A stretch of DNA of 27,076 nucleotides, from IMG/VR virus record IMGVR_UViG_3300037424_000456, positions 1-27,076 of that record; one strand, given 5' to 3'. This document shows positions 15,514-24,233 of this stretch, piece after piece. The notes under the pieces are model-generated. The model did not search any database. It worked only from the letters and a program-made list of their open reading frames with translations, and had not been told where the DNA came from. This stretch comes from a virus (Duplodnaviria > Caudoviricetes). The translations under genes were made by a program, and so were the position numbers. Every line of letters begins with the position of its first letter. Positions within the stretch are counted from its first letter, which is position 1.

Positions 15514-16073
15514 TTGATAGCCGCGCGATGTTCCGGGGGCTTTACGAGGCGTTACGCTGGACTTGGTACGGGTCAATTGACGCCTCGAACACAGTGAGAG
15601 GACCGGCCTGGGCGCAGTATCAGTCAATAGATAAGCGCGACCGCGACCAGGATGAAGCGCCGGCGCGGTCTAGGGATCCTGATGTTGGCGGCGTGCCGCG
15701 TGGTCTGCTGGCGGCCGGGCAGGCCGGGGCTCTAAAAGGCCATGTAGAGGCCATGTCGCAGGACGAGGCATGTCACATCATGGCCCAATTTCTCAAAGGG
15801 CGCGAGAAAGTGCTGGCGCGAAAGCATCTGCGCCGCTATGTCTCCGACTACATCGGTGCGCAAGGTAGGGATCGGCACGCCGTAAGTCTATTGTTGATTG
15901 GGTATTACGGCGCGCAGTCTATTAGCGCGCGGTCGGTGTCAAAGAAACTGGGCATCAACCGCGGGCGCGTGAACAAATTGAACCGGCGAATATTCATCAC
16001 GATGGACGCGCTGGCGCACCGGGCTGAGACGGAGATTTACGACGAACTTCAAAAACGGGGGGTGGTCCTTTGA
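15510..16073 (+). CDS. Probable late-gene regulator / Q-like antiterminator
   Basis: MF....AL.W N-terminus, GL...GQAG, and a C-terminal HTH-like ARSVSKKLGINRGRV. Located at the end of the nin region before the tRNA and lysis genes. Confidence 0.6.
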   Translation: MIDSRAMFRGLYEALRWTWYGSIDASNTVRGPAWAQYQSIDKRDRDQDEAPARSRDPDVGGVPRGLLAAGQAGALKGHVEAMSQDEACHIMAQFLKGREKVLARKHLRRYVSDYIGAQGRDRHAVSLLLIGYYGAQSISARSVSKKLGINRGRVNKLNRRIFITMDALAHRAETEIYDELQKRGVVL

Positions 16074-16405
16074 TGTCGATAAATAAGCATGACAAATTGG
16101 CAGAGGCGGGGCGCAGAGGCGGCAAGGCGCGCATGGCATCCCTTGAACCAGAGGATCGTAGCGCACTGGGCACCGCTGCTGCCCATGCCCGATGGGGAAA
16201 GCCCACGGCGCAAGGTGTTGTTGATAAGATGGTGGTGGAAATTTACCGCCGCCGGCAACCGATGGCGCTGTATGAGCGGAGCGGGGCGCTGTGGTTTGCA
16301 TCGCCCGACAACATCGAATCGCCACGCTGGTCGCAATACTTGGTTGGAACCTACGGGGTCGGCGTCATCGAGGATGATGTGATGGCTGACATCATGGCGC
16401 GGTAG
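16073..16405 (+). CDS. Hypothetical protein with GGKAR...AARW basic motif
   Basis: AGRRGGKARMASLEPEDRSALGTAAAHARW. TGATG coupling with the upstream gene. Confidence 0.65.
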   Translation: MSINKHDKLAEAGRRGGKARMASLEPEDRSALGTAAAHARWGKPTAQGVVDKMVVEIYRRRQPMALYERSGALWFASPDNIESPRWSQYLVGTYGVGVIEDDVMADIMAR

Positions 16406-16428
16406 TTTCACAAAAACTTTTTAACGCA

Positions 16429-16791
16429 ATGAAAATAAAGGCAATTTGTGTATTGTGCTACGTGGAACATTCTCGGTTTAGGGATCGCGCAAAGACCAAG
16501 CCCGCGAGTTACTGCAAGCCTTGTCACGCCATGTATATGCGAGAAAATCGTCCTTCGTACGGTCAGTTGGATCCGGACGCCAAGAAGCGCCAGATTGCCC
16601 GCGACTATGCGCGGGTGTACCTGCGGCGCGGCAAGATTCAACGCCAGTCATGCTTGATGTGCGGGGGCGATCAGGCGGAAATGCACCACGAAGATTATTC
16701 GAAGCCTCTGGAAATCCGCTGGCTGTGCAGGCCATGTCACCTTGCAGTTCACAGTGGCGACGTTGTTGTTGAATTCGCATGCGCTGCATGA
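16429..16791 (+). CDS. HNH-like zinc-finger protein
   Basis: CVLC, CKPC, CLMCG and HHEDYSKPLEIRWLCRPCH...H. Confidence 0.75.
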   Translation: MKIKAICVLCYVEHSRFRDRAKTKPASYCKPCHAMYMRENRPSYGQLDPDAKKRQIARDYARVYLRRGKIQRQSCLMCGGDQAEMHHEDYSKPLEIRWLCRPCHLAVHSGDVVVEFACAA

Positions 16792-16921
16792 GGCTTGGCA
16801 TGGCTTGGCATGAGTGAGCCACGCAAGGGTAAATATGGCAGTATTTGCAGGCGGGGTTTCTTTGCCCAAAATTCTGTAGCGCCGTTCACCAGAGAGGTTG
16901 CGATGCGCAAATAACGACAGC

Positions 16922-16995
16922 CGCGGGTTAGTAGAGCGGCCCTACACCTGACTCATAATCAGGAGACTCCAGTTCAAATCTGGAACCCGCTACCA
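16922..16995 (+). tRNA. tRNA with CAT anticodon, initiator (fMet)-like acceptor stem, encoded CCA
   Basis: Acceptor CGCGGGT/ACCCGCT with a C1:U72 mismatch, D arm GTAG/CTAC, anticodon arm CCTGA-CTCATAA-TCAGG, T arm TCCAG-TTCAAAT-CTGGA, and ACCA end. Confidence 0.93.
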
Positions 16996-17049
16996 AGTTT
17001 TCACCACCTGAATTGAGGCGGGGCCAGTCCTCAACATGAAGGAGAGAAA

Positions 17050-17352
17050 ATGAAGAAACTGTTTACACTGATGTTCGTCGCGGTGCTTGCGATACTGGCT
17101 CTGCCGGCGATCGCGCAGAGTCCTGACATTCCGATCTTCACCGTGAGCCAGATCGCCTACGACGCGGCGCCGAATGCAGCGCAGACGATCAGTGCCGGCG
17201 CAGTCTGCCAGATGCCGTGCGCCGACATTGCCTACACTGTGAAATCGCAAACCATGCTGCCGGAACCCAGGGCTGTCGATGCCAGCAACACCGTCCGTTT
17301 ACTCTGGAACCCCGGCGCCGAGATCGGCAATCGCAAATCGTGGCGAAGTTGA
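17050..17352 (+). CDS. Secreted hypothetical protein (signal peptide), moron-like
   Basis: AAGGAG RBS. MKKLFTLMFVAVLAILALPAIA-Q is a typical Sec signal with AxA cleavage site. Followed by its own terminator. Confidence 0.75.
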   Translation: MKKLFTLMFVAVLAILALPAIAQSPDIPIFTVSQIAYDAAPNAAQTISAGAVCQMPCADIAYTVKSQTMLPEPRAVDASNTVRLLWNPGAEIGNRKSWRS

Positions 17353-17379
17353 TCTGACGTACCGAAAAGTTGTTGAAAT

Positions 17380-17405
17380 AAAAGGGGCGCTGCGGCGCCC
17401 TTTTT
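17380..17405 (+). terminator. Intrinsic terminator, possibly bidirectional
   Basis: AAAAG-GGGCGC-TGCG-GCGCCC-TTTTT. Confidence 0.8.
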
Positions 17406-17422
17406 GTTGGAATAATTTTTAG

Positions 17423-17550
17423 GCATCGTTCGGCGAAAGCCGATCGTGTGGCTCCGCAGCACTCAACCTGCGGACAACCCGCTTGGACCTCCTCCCCGAG
17501 TGGGCCTTGGCCCCTGCCGTAGCCAGACTACGGCGGGGGCTTTCTTTTTT
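17423..17550 (+). ncRNA. Putative structured small RNA: three hairpins plus terminator
   Basis: TCGGC-GAAA-GCCGA; TCCGCAG-CACTCAAC-CTGCGGA; CCCGCTTGG-ACCTCCTCC-CCGAGTGGG; then a 13-bp terminator stem with T tail. G:U pairs favour the + strand. Confidence 0.55.
17510..17550 (+). terminator. Strong intrinsic terminator immediately before the lysis cassette
   Basis: GCCCCTGCCGTAG-CCAGA-CTACGGCGGGGGC-TTTCTTTTTT. Confidence 0.85.
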
Positions 17551-17559
17551 AGGAACTTG

Positions 17560-17979
17560 ATGACACCTTTTGCAGCAGATCAAACTGTCCAGCACGTCGC
17601 CGGCACCGTTGCTGCCGCATCTGGCGTTGCTGCCTGGGCGACGGTAGCCGCTGATGTCGCGCTGGCGATCTTCGGCGTGCCGCTGCCGGTGGTGCTGGCT
17701 GCTGCGACCGGCGCGGCTGGTGCCAGAACATTTGTGCCGCATGTCAGTTACGCGCGCGCCGTAATCGAGGGGTTGCTATGGGGTGCCGTCGGCGTGTTCA
17801 CGGCGCAGTTCGCCCTGTGGATCGTCAGTCTATTCAGTTCAACGATTCCAACGGGCGCGCTGTCGGGTGCCGCGCTGTTGGTATCCGCCGGCGGGCAGAT
17901 TTTCGTGACGCCTGAGTTCATCGAGGCCATGCGCGCCGCGATTCGCCGCCGCATTGACGGCATCGGACGGCAACCATGA
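17560..17979 (+). CDS. Holin-like membrane protein
   Basis: ATG 17560 with AGGA upstream. Several hydrophobic helices and a basic C-terminus; first gene of the lysis cassette. Confidence 0.7.
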   Translation: MTPFAADQTVQHVAGTVAAASGVAAWATVAADVALAIFGVPLPVVLAAATGAAGARTFVPHVSYARAVIEGLLWGAVGVFTAQFALWIVSLFSSTIPTGALSGAALLVSAGGQIFVTPEFIEAMRAAIRRRIDGIGRQP

Positions 17980-18305
17980 CGCCGGCGATCATCAACATGG
18001 TGGCGGCGGTGCTGGTGGCCGGCTTGGTGTTCGGCGCGCTGAACCGCATGGACCGGCACACAATCCATGCCATCCGCGGCGCGATCCTGATGGTGTTCAT
18101 TGCCATGCTGGGCCAGGTATTCGCGCCGGTAATGAGACAGTGGGACAACGGCTGGACTGACACGCTGCTGTACGGGGCTGTGGCTGCTTTCGTGGTGGCG
18201 TCACGACGTCTGCCATCCGGGTTGCCGCCGCGGCACGCCACGGTCTGCGCCTTCGTCATCATGGGCGCAACCATGGTGCTGGTTTTATGGGTGGGGAACT
18301 TGTGA
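17976..18305 (+). CDS. Second lysis-cassette membrane protein (holin/antiholin-like)
   Basis: About four hydrophobic segments in 109 aa, coupled to the holin-like and endolysin genes. Confidence 0.65.
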   Translation: MTPAIINMVAAVLVAGLVFGALNRMDRHTIHAIRGAILMVFIAMLGQVFAPVMRQWDNGWTDTLLYGAVAAFVVASRRLPSGLPPRHATVCAFVIMGATMVLVLWVGNL

Positions 18306-18877
18306 TACTGACCCGCCAGCAGTTCCTGGCCATCATGCCGAACGCTCGCGTGGACAAGTTTCTGGATCCGCTGAACGCGGCCGCGGCAGAGTTCGAGATC
18401 AACACGCCGGCACGCCAGAGGCAATTCCTGCCCCAGCTCGCGCATGAGTCTGGAGAGTTCCGCTACATGCAGGAGATCGCCAATGGGTCGGCGTACGAGG
18501 GTCGTATAGACCTGGGCAACGATGAGCCTGGTGACGGCATAAAGTACAAAGGTCACGGCCCGATACAGATTACCGGCAAGAAGAACCATTTTCTGTGCGC
18601 TGACGCATTGGGTATTCCGCGCGATGAAATCTGCGACTACCTCGTTACGCCTGTCGGTGGCTGTCGGGGTGCTGCTTGGTTCTGGCGCGTCGGCGCCGGC
18701 CAGAATCTCAGCGCGCGCGCCAAGGCACACGGCATCCCGGTGGGCGTGGATCTCAACGACCTGGCGGATGCCGGCGACTTCATGGGCATCACGCTGGCGA
18801 TCAACGGCGGCACCAACGGGCTGGCTGACCGGCGGCGATACCTGGCGCTGGCGGAAACCCATCTGGTGGAAGCGTGA
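18302..18877 (+). CDS. Glycoside hydrolase family 19 endolysin
   Basis: QLAHESG, YEGR.DLGN...GDG.KYKG.G.IQITG, AAWFW and INGG.NGL.DR. GTG start overlaps the upstream stop. Confidence 0.93.
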   Translation: MILTRQQFLAIMPNARVDKFLDPLNAAAAEFEINTPARQRQFLPQLAHESGEFRYMQEIANGSAYEGRIDLGNDEPGDGIKYKGHGPIQITGKKNHFLCADALGIPRDEICDYLVTPVGGCRGAAWFWRVGAGQNLSARAKAHGIPVGVDLNDLADAGDFMGITLAINGGTNGLADRRRYLALAETHLVEA

Positions 18878-19467
18878 ATCCCTACCTGATCATCGGGGCG
18901 TTCGTGCTGGCCTTGGCGTCTGGTATCGCCGGGTTCATCGGTGGCGTTGACCACGAACAGGCGAAGCTGGCCAAAGGGTATGCCGCGGCGCTGATCGCCA
19001 AGGATGCCGCGATCGAGGAACAGCGGGAACTGAATGGCGTCGTGAGCGCCGCGCTCGGCAAAGAGTTTGCCGGCAGGGCGGCTGATGCAGTGGACTTTCA
19101 ACGGAGACTGGCCGATGCGCGCAAACAACCTCAGAAACTGGTCACTGCCGAGTGTCCTGGAGGACATCCGACAGCAACTGGCGGAACTGCTGACGCCACG
19201 AATGCTACTGATCCTCGGATTCGGTTTACTGCTGATTTTGTCCGGCTGTGGGACGACGGCCTCAGTATCGGCGCAACCCAGGGCGAGCGTGCCGGGCGAT
19301 CTGATGCAGGCGCCGCTGGGCCCGGTGTGGTTGAGCCCACGGACCTTACCGCAAACGTCGGACAAAACGCCGAACGCTGGGCCAAGTGTCGATCCCAAGT
19401 CCGGGGCTGGCAAGCCTGGGCCTGCAAGCATGGCCACGCCGCAAAGAGTGAGTGTGATGGAATGTAG
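18874..19467 (+). CDS. Rz: Rz-like inner-membrane spanin
   Basis: N-terminal TM helix, Ala-rich coiled coil and C-terminal Cys residues; directly after the endolysin. Confidence 0.75.
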   Translation: MNPYLIIGAFVLALASGIAGFIGGVDHEQAKLAKGYAAALIAKDAAIEEQRELNGVVSAALGKEFAGRAADAVDFQRRLADARKQPQKLVTAECPGGHPTATGGTADATNATDPRIRFTADFVRLWDDGLSIGATQGERAGRSDAGAAGPGVVEPTDLTANVGQNAERWAKCRSQVRGWQAWACKHGHAAKSECDGM

Positions 19468-19693
19468 TCGGATGCTGCGCATGCTCGCGGCACTGAAATG
19501 TTTGGGCGCCGGACGCGACATTCTGGTTCCTCGTCGATTTGACCCTGGACCGGAACTTTTGGCCGTAACTGACGCAAAACCAGAAAAACAGCTTGCGAGG
19601 ATGGCGCACGCGCTCCCGCCGCAGGCCCGAACATACCAGAGCCCCATGGTTTCTGGTCTTGAAATCCGGTCACGCTTTCCGCGCCGGGCATAG
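19202..19693 (+). CDS. Rz1: Rz1-like outer-membrane lipoprotein spanin nested in Rz (+1 frame)
   Basis: MLLILGFGLLLILSG-C lipobox followed by Pro-rich sequence. The ORF continues past the Rz stop. Confidence 0.65.
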   Translation: MLLILGFGLLLILSGCGTTASVSAQPRASVPGDLMQAPLGPVWLSPRTLPQTSDKTPNAGPSVDPKSGAGKPGPASMATPQRVSVMECSRMLRMLAALKCLGAGRDILVPRRFDPGPELLAVTDAKPEKQLARMAHALPPQARTYQSPMVSGLEIRSRFPRRA

Positions 19694-19696
19694 CCA

Positions 19697-19954
19697 GTGT
19701 CACGCAAAACCAAAACCAAACCGCAGCCGGTGGTTTACCGACTGAATCCATGCGCACGCGCGGTGCGCTCGGCGCTGGTCATGCACTACCAGATTTACCA
19801 GAACGGCCGCGTGCCGGATTCGGTGCATAAGGCGAAAGACTACGCAAAGGCTGGCGAGGCGCTGGATGCCCACCCATGCAAGTCGTGGAGCGCCAGCATT
19901 GACGGCAAGATTATCCACAAGACGAGCGCGGTGGGAGCCACCACGTATCGATAG
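19697..19954 (+). CDS. Hypothetical basic protein (85 aa)
   Basis: GTG-start ORF filling the gap between the spanins and terS. Confidence 0.5.
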   Translation: MSRKTKTKPQPVVYRLNPCARAVRSALVMHYQIYQNGRVPDSVHKAKDYAKAGEALDAHPCKSWSASIDGKIIHKTSAVGATTYR

Positions 19955-20002
19955 GTTTTTCAACTCAACGGAATACCCGGCAACGGGCTCCGGGAGAACA
20001 GC

Positions 20003-20629
20003 ATGGCAAAAGCAAAGAAACCGCGGGCTGGCAAGCGCCAACACCCGAAGGTAAAGGCAGGAACGTCCAAGGTAGACGCAGCACAGCGTAGAGCCTTGTT
20101 TGTGAACGAATATATTGCCAATGGCGGGAACGCGACGCAGGCGGCGATCAAGGTCGGATTTAACCAGCGCAGTGCTTATGCCCGCGGTCATGAACTTGTG
20201 AAAGACCGTGAAATTCAGGAAGCCATCGAAGTCAAACGGGCCGAACTGCTGAAAATCTCTGGACTTTCGGTAGAGCGGACGCTGCGCGAAGTGGCGCGCA
20301 TTGCGTATTCGGATCCGAGAAAACTGTATGACAAGGACGGGAATCTGATCCCGATTCACCAGCTTGATGATGATACGGCGGCGACCGTGGCCAGCATTAA
20401 GGTGGTTGAAATGGCTGGCGGTGCGCAGATCGGCGGCGAGGCCGGCGTTCAACACATCGCAATGCACACCAAAGAGATCAAGCACTGGGACAAGAATTCC
20501 GCGCTGGATAAGGCCATGAAACATCACGGCCTCTACGAGAAAGACAACAAGCAGGTGGCTGACGCCTTGGGCTCCCTGCTGGGTAAAGTCGATGGCGCTG
20601 TCCTCCGCCCAGCCGGCGCCGCTACTTGA
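20003..20629 (+). CDS. terS: Terminase small subunit
   Basis: FVNEYI..GGNATQAAIKVGF...SA...G..L HTH and ERTLREVARIAYSDPRKLYD. GGGAG RBS. Confidence 0.92.
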   Translation: MAKAKKPRAGKRQHPKVKAGTSKVDAAQRRALFVNEYIANGGNATQAAIKVGFNQRSAYARGHELVKDREIQEAIEVKRAELLKISGLSVERTLREVARIAYSDPRKLYDKDGNLIPIHQLDDDTAATVASIKVVEMAGGAQIGGEAGVQHIAMHTKEIKHWDKNSALDKAMKHHGLYEKDNKQVADALGSLLGKVDGAVLRPAGAAT

Positions 20630-22223
20630 GTTCGCGGATGGCCTGACGCCGGAGATTGTCGCCCAGTGGTCAGACCCGGTGTGGCGGCTGTCGCACCTGT
20701 ATTACATCCGGGACGAGCATGGCAACAAGGTGTTGTTTGTCCCGAATGAGGCGCAGCGTCAGTTCATCAAGGAATTCTGGTTCCTGAACATCATCCTGAA
20801 ATCGCGGCAACGCGGGTTCACGACGCTCATTGACCTGTTGGCGCTGGATACCTGCCTGTTCCGGTCGCACACGGCGGCCGGCATCATCGCGGACAACCGC
20901 GAGAACGCCGAAGTGATCTTCGACGACAAGGTGAAGTTTGCCTACGACAACCTGCCCGATGAATTGAGGGGGCGGGTGCCGGCCAGGAACGACAACGCCC
21001 GGGAATTGACGTTCGGCAACGGCAGTTCGATTCGCGTGGGCACGTCAATGCGGTCCCGGACGCTGCAGTTTTTGCATGTCTCAGAGTTCGGGAAGATCAG
21101 CAAGAACTACCCGAAGAAGGCGCGCGAGATTGTCACAGGCTCGTTCAACGCCGTGCACAAGGGCGAGTTGATCTTCGTGGAGTCCACGGCCGAAGGGCGG
21201 GGCGGCGAGTTCTATGACTTGTGCAAGGCGGCGCAGGACTTGCAGCGGATCAAGCGCCCGCTGACAAAGCAAAGCTGGAAGTTCCATTTTTACCCGTGGT
21301 GGGACGACCCGAAGTGCGAGCTGTCGGTGGCAGAGGCGCAGCTGGTGCCGTTGCCGCAGAAGATGACCGAGTATTTTGATAGCTGCGAAAAGAAACTGCG
21401 CATCAAGATCAGTCGCGGGCGACGGGCCTGGTACACGTTGAAGTGGCAAATCCTCGGCGACGACATGAAGCGGGAGTTCCCGGCAAGCCCCGAGGAGGCC
21501 TTCGAGGCGTCCATACAGGGCGCCTACTTCGCTGACGCCTTCGTGAAAATCCGTGAGCAGGGCCGGATTACCAAGGTGCCGCATATGGTCGGCATTCTGG
21601 TGGATACCTGGTGGGACGTCGGGCTGAACGACAAGACCGCGATCTGGTTCACGCAGACGTTGGGCGCACAAATCCGGGTCATCGATTACGTCGAGGGCGC
21701 GGAATCCGGCGGCCTGCCTCACTGGGCTGATGTGTTGGCCAAGCGCAAGGAAGATCTAGGCTACCGCTACGGTCGGTTTGTCGGACCGCATGACATCCAG
21801 GTGCGCGAATGGGGTGCCGGCGGTGTGTCCAGAACAATCAGCGCGCAGCGGCTCGGCATTGAATTCGAGCGGTGCCCGCCGTTGGTGGGGAAGGGAGAGC
21901 GAGGCGGCGCGATCGATATTGCGCGTCGCGTGCTGTCCACCTGCATTTTTGATGAGGAGCGCACCGAACCGGGCGTTCTCGCACTGGAGAGTTACCGCAA
22001 AAAATGGGATCCGAACCTTGGTACATACCTCAACACACCGCTGCACGACTGGGCATCGGACGGCGCGGACGCCTTTCTGGTGATGGCCGTCATGCACGAC
22101 GTCAGGGGCGGCGCGCCGTATTTTTCGCCGGTAATGCCCGCTGGGCCCGCTGCTCCGATGGGAGCGCCAGGCTCGGAAGTCGTGGCGGTAGCTGCAGGCA
22201 GGGGTGGGCCGCGCCGGTTCTGA
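20592..22223 (+). CDS. terL: Terminase large subunit
   Basis: PNEAQ, Walker A ILKSRQRGFTT, Walker B LHVSE, ESTAEG, and nuclease motifs WDVG..D and HDWASDGADAF. Confidence 0.95.
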   Translation: MALSSAQPAPLLEFADGLTPEIVAQWSDPVWRLSHLYYIRDEHGNKVLFVPNEAQRQFIKEFWFLNIILKSRQRGFTTLIDLLALDTCLFRSHTAAGIIADNRENAEVIFDDKVKFAYDNLPDELRGRVPARNDNARELTFGNGSSIRVGTSMRSRTLQFLHVSEFGKISKNYPKKAREIVTGSFNAVHKGELIFVESTAEGRGGEFYDLCKAAQDLQRIKRPLTKQSWKFHFYPWWDDPKCELSVAEAQLVPLPQKMTEYFDSCEKKLRIKISRGRRAWYTLKWQILGDDMKREFPASPEEAFEASIQGAYFADAFVKIREQGRITKVPHMVGILVDTWWDVGLNDKTAIWFTQTLGAQIRVIDYVEGAESGGLPHWADVLAKRKEDLGYRYGRFVGPHDIQVREWGAGGVSRTISAQRLGIEFERCPPLVGKGERGGAIDIARRVLSTCIFDEERTEPGVLALESYRKKWDPNLGTYLNTPLHDWASDGADAFLVMAVMHDVRGGAPYFSPVMPAGPAAPMGAPGSEVVAVAAGRGGPRRF

Positions 22224-22233
22224 GGATTGACGC

Positions 22234-24222
22234 ATGCCCGCGCTGATCCGCGTCGAGTCGAACGACCAGATTGCACGGCAGGAGGCCGCGGCACTGGCGA
22301 ACCCAACGCAGCCCGTGATCATCGAACTGGCGGCCCACGTCGGGACCTGTTGGCAGGCCGCCTACCAGGCCAAGCAACCGATCCAGACGCGGATGTTGAA
22401 GTGCTTGCGCCAGCGCGAGGGCATCTACGAACCCGATGTGTTGGCCGACATTCGGCGGCAGGGCGGCAGCGAGATATTCATGCTGCTGACGCAGACGAAG
22501 TGCCGAGCGGCCGAGGCGTGGATTCGGGACGTCCTGCTCATGCAGGGCGATAACCCATGGGGCATTGACCCGACGCCGATTGCGGACCTGCCGCTGCCGG
22601 CAAAGCAGGTCGTCCAGCAGCAGTTGCTGTTCGAGGCCTCGTTGCTGCAGGAGGAAATGACACGGGAGTGGTTCGAGGGCCGCGTACATTTCCTCGTCGA
22701 GCGCGCGAAGAAGCACATGCAGGAACTCGCCAAGAAGGCGGCGGCCGGCATGCAACTTCGCATCGAGGACCAGTTGAAGGAGGGCCAGTGGCGCCCAGCG
22801 TTCAGCGCGCTGCTCTACGATTTCACGACGATGCCGGCGGCGATTATGAAGGGGCCGGTCATCCGTCGCCGGAAGCGCCTGAACTGGGGCAGCAACCTCA
22901 GTGGCATGTGGAACGCTATTGTCGGCAGCAACCTGATTCAGGAATTCAACCGGGTCAGCCCGCTTGATCTCTACCCGTCGCCGGGCGCCAGGAACACGGA
23001 CGACGGCTACCTGATCGAACACCACCGCATGCACCGGCGCACGTTGTCGGCGATGCGCGGCGTCCCTGGCTACGATACCGAGGCCATCAACCGCGTGCTG
23101 GAGCGCGCCAATCGCGGCGGACTCAGGGAATGGTTGTTTGGTGATCAGGAGCGCGCCGATCTCGAGGCTCGGCATCACGAAAGTTACGACCCGGAAGGCA
23201 CGATTGACGCCCTGCAACTTTGGGGCAGCGTGCAGGGCAAGTGGTTGACGGAATGGGGTATGCAGGCCCGCAACATCGACCCGTACGCGGAGTATGACGT
23301 CGAGGTCTGGAAAATCGGCACGGAAGTCATCCGCGCCGTGCTGAACCCGCACCAACTGGGGAAGCGCCCGTATCACAAGGCCTGCTGGGAAGCCATGCCG
23401 GATGCGTTTTGGGGTAAGGCGCTGCCGGAAATACTGGCTGATACACAGGCCATGTGCAACGCTGCGGCGCGCGCGATTTCGAACAACATGGCGATGGCCA
23501 GTGGTCCGATGGTGGAAGTGCATACCGACCGTCTGGCCACCGGCGAGAATCCGCAGGGCATCTGGCCGTGGCGGCTCTACCAGACCAAGAGTTCGCAGTA
23601 CGGCTCGAACGATCCTGCGGTGAAATTCCATCAGCCGCAGTCGAATGTGCAGGCACTGATCGCGGTATCCGATCGTTTCGAACGTCACGCTGACAACGAA
23701 TCCGGCGTGCCGTCCTACAGTTACGGCGATACCCGGCAAGGTGGCGCCGGCAAGACGGCCTCGGGCCTGTCGATGCTCATGAACAACGCGGCGCGCGGCA
23801 TCAAGATGGCGATCGCGGAATTGGATGAGCAGATCGTCGAGCCCAGCGTGGTCGAACTCTACAACCACAACATGCAGCACGATCCCGACCAGTCCATAAA
23901 AGGGGACCTGCAGGTTGTGGCCAGGGGCGCCGTTGCGCTGTTGGTCAAGGAGCAGCAGCAGGTGCGCAGGAACGAACTGTTGCAGACGACGGCCAACCCG
24001 ATCGACATGCAGATCATGGGCCCGGACGGTCGCGCGGAACTGCTGCGCGAGAACTTCAAGGCCGCCGATATGGACGCCGACAAACTGGTGCCGTCGAACG
24101 AGGAGCGCGCGCTGGATGCGGCGGGTCAAGCCATGCGGCAACCGCAGCCCGGGGCGCCGGCGGAATTGGACCAGGCTGGAAACCGGGTTTCCGGGCAGGA
24201 TGCAGCCCTTTTTAATCAGTAA
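22234..24222 (+). CDS. Portal protein
   Basis: 662 aa directly after terL, with RVSPLDLYPSP, FWG..LPE...D.Q..CN and KTASGLSMLM motifs typical of podovirus-type portals. Confidence 0.88.
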   Translation: MPALIRVESNDQIARQEAAALANPTQPVIIELAAHVGTCWQAAYQAKQPIQTRMLKCLRQREGIYEPDVLADIRRQGGSEIFMLLTQTKCRAAEAWIRDVLLMQGDNPWGIDPTPIADLPLPAKQVVQQQLLFEASLLQEEMTREWFEGRVHFLVERAKKHMQELAKKAAAGMQLRIEDQLKEGQWRPAFSALLYDFTTMPAAIMKGPVIRRRKRLNWGSNLSGMWNAIVGSNLIQEFNRVSPLDLYPSPGARNTDDGYLIEHHRMHRRTLSAMRGVPGYDTEAINRVLERANRGGLREWLFGDQERADLEARHHESYDPEGTIDALQLWGSVQGKWLTEWGMQARNIDPYAEYDVEVWKIGTEVIRAVLNPHQLGKRPYHKACWEAMPDAFWGKALPEILADTQAMCNAAARAISNNMAMASGPMVEVHTDRLATGENPQGIWPWRLYQTKSSQYGSNDPAVKFHQPQSNVQALIAVSDRFERHADNESGVPSYSYGDTRQGGAGKTASGLSMLMNNAARGIKMAIAELDEQIVEPSVVELYNHNMQHDPDQSIKGDLQVVARGAVALLVKEQQQVRRNELLQTTANPIDMQIMGPDGRAELLRENFKAADMDADKLVPSNEERALDAAGQAMRQPQPGAPAELDQAGNRVSGQDAALFNQ

Positions 24223-24233
24223 AGGAGAAGCAA

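Noticed and set aside
16786-16875. GGCTTGGCAT tandem duplication and candidate late promoter
   Set aside because: Only two short copies, and the best promoter match (TTGCAG-17-AAAATT) is too weak to call.
17446-17559. N-terminal extension of the holin-like ORF
   Set aside because: Spans the hairpins and terminator; ATG 17560 with an AGGA RBS is the better start.
18637-19757. Long minus-strand ORFs across the lysis cassette
   Set aside because: Antisense to endolysin and spanins, with no recognisable motif or RBS.
22102-24141. 679-aa ORF antisense to the portal gene
   Set aside because: Shadow frame caused by biased high-GC codon usage; no motifs, and the sense strand is a clear portal.
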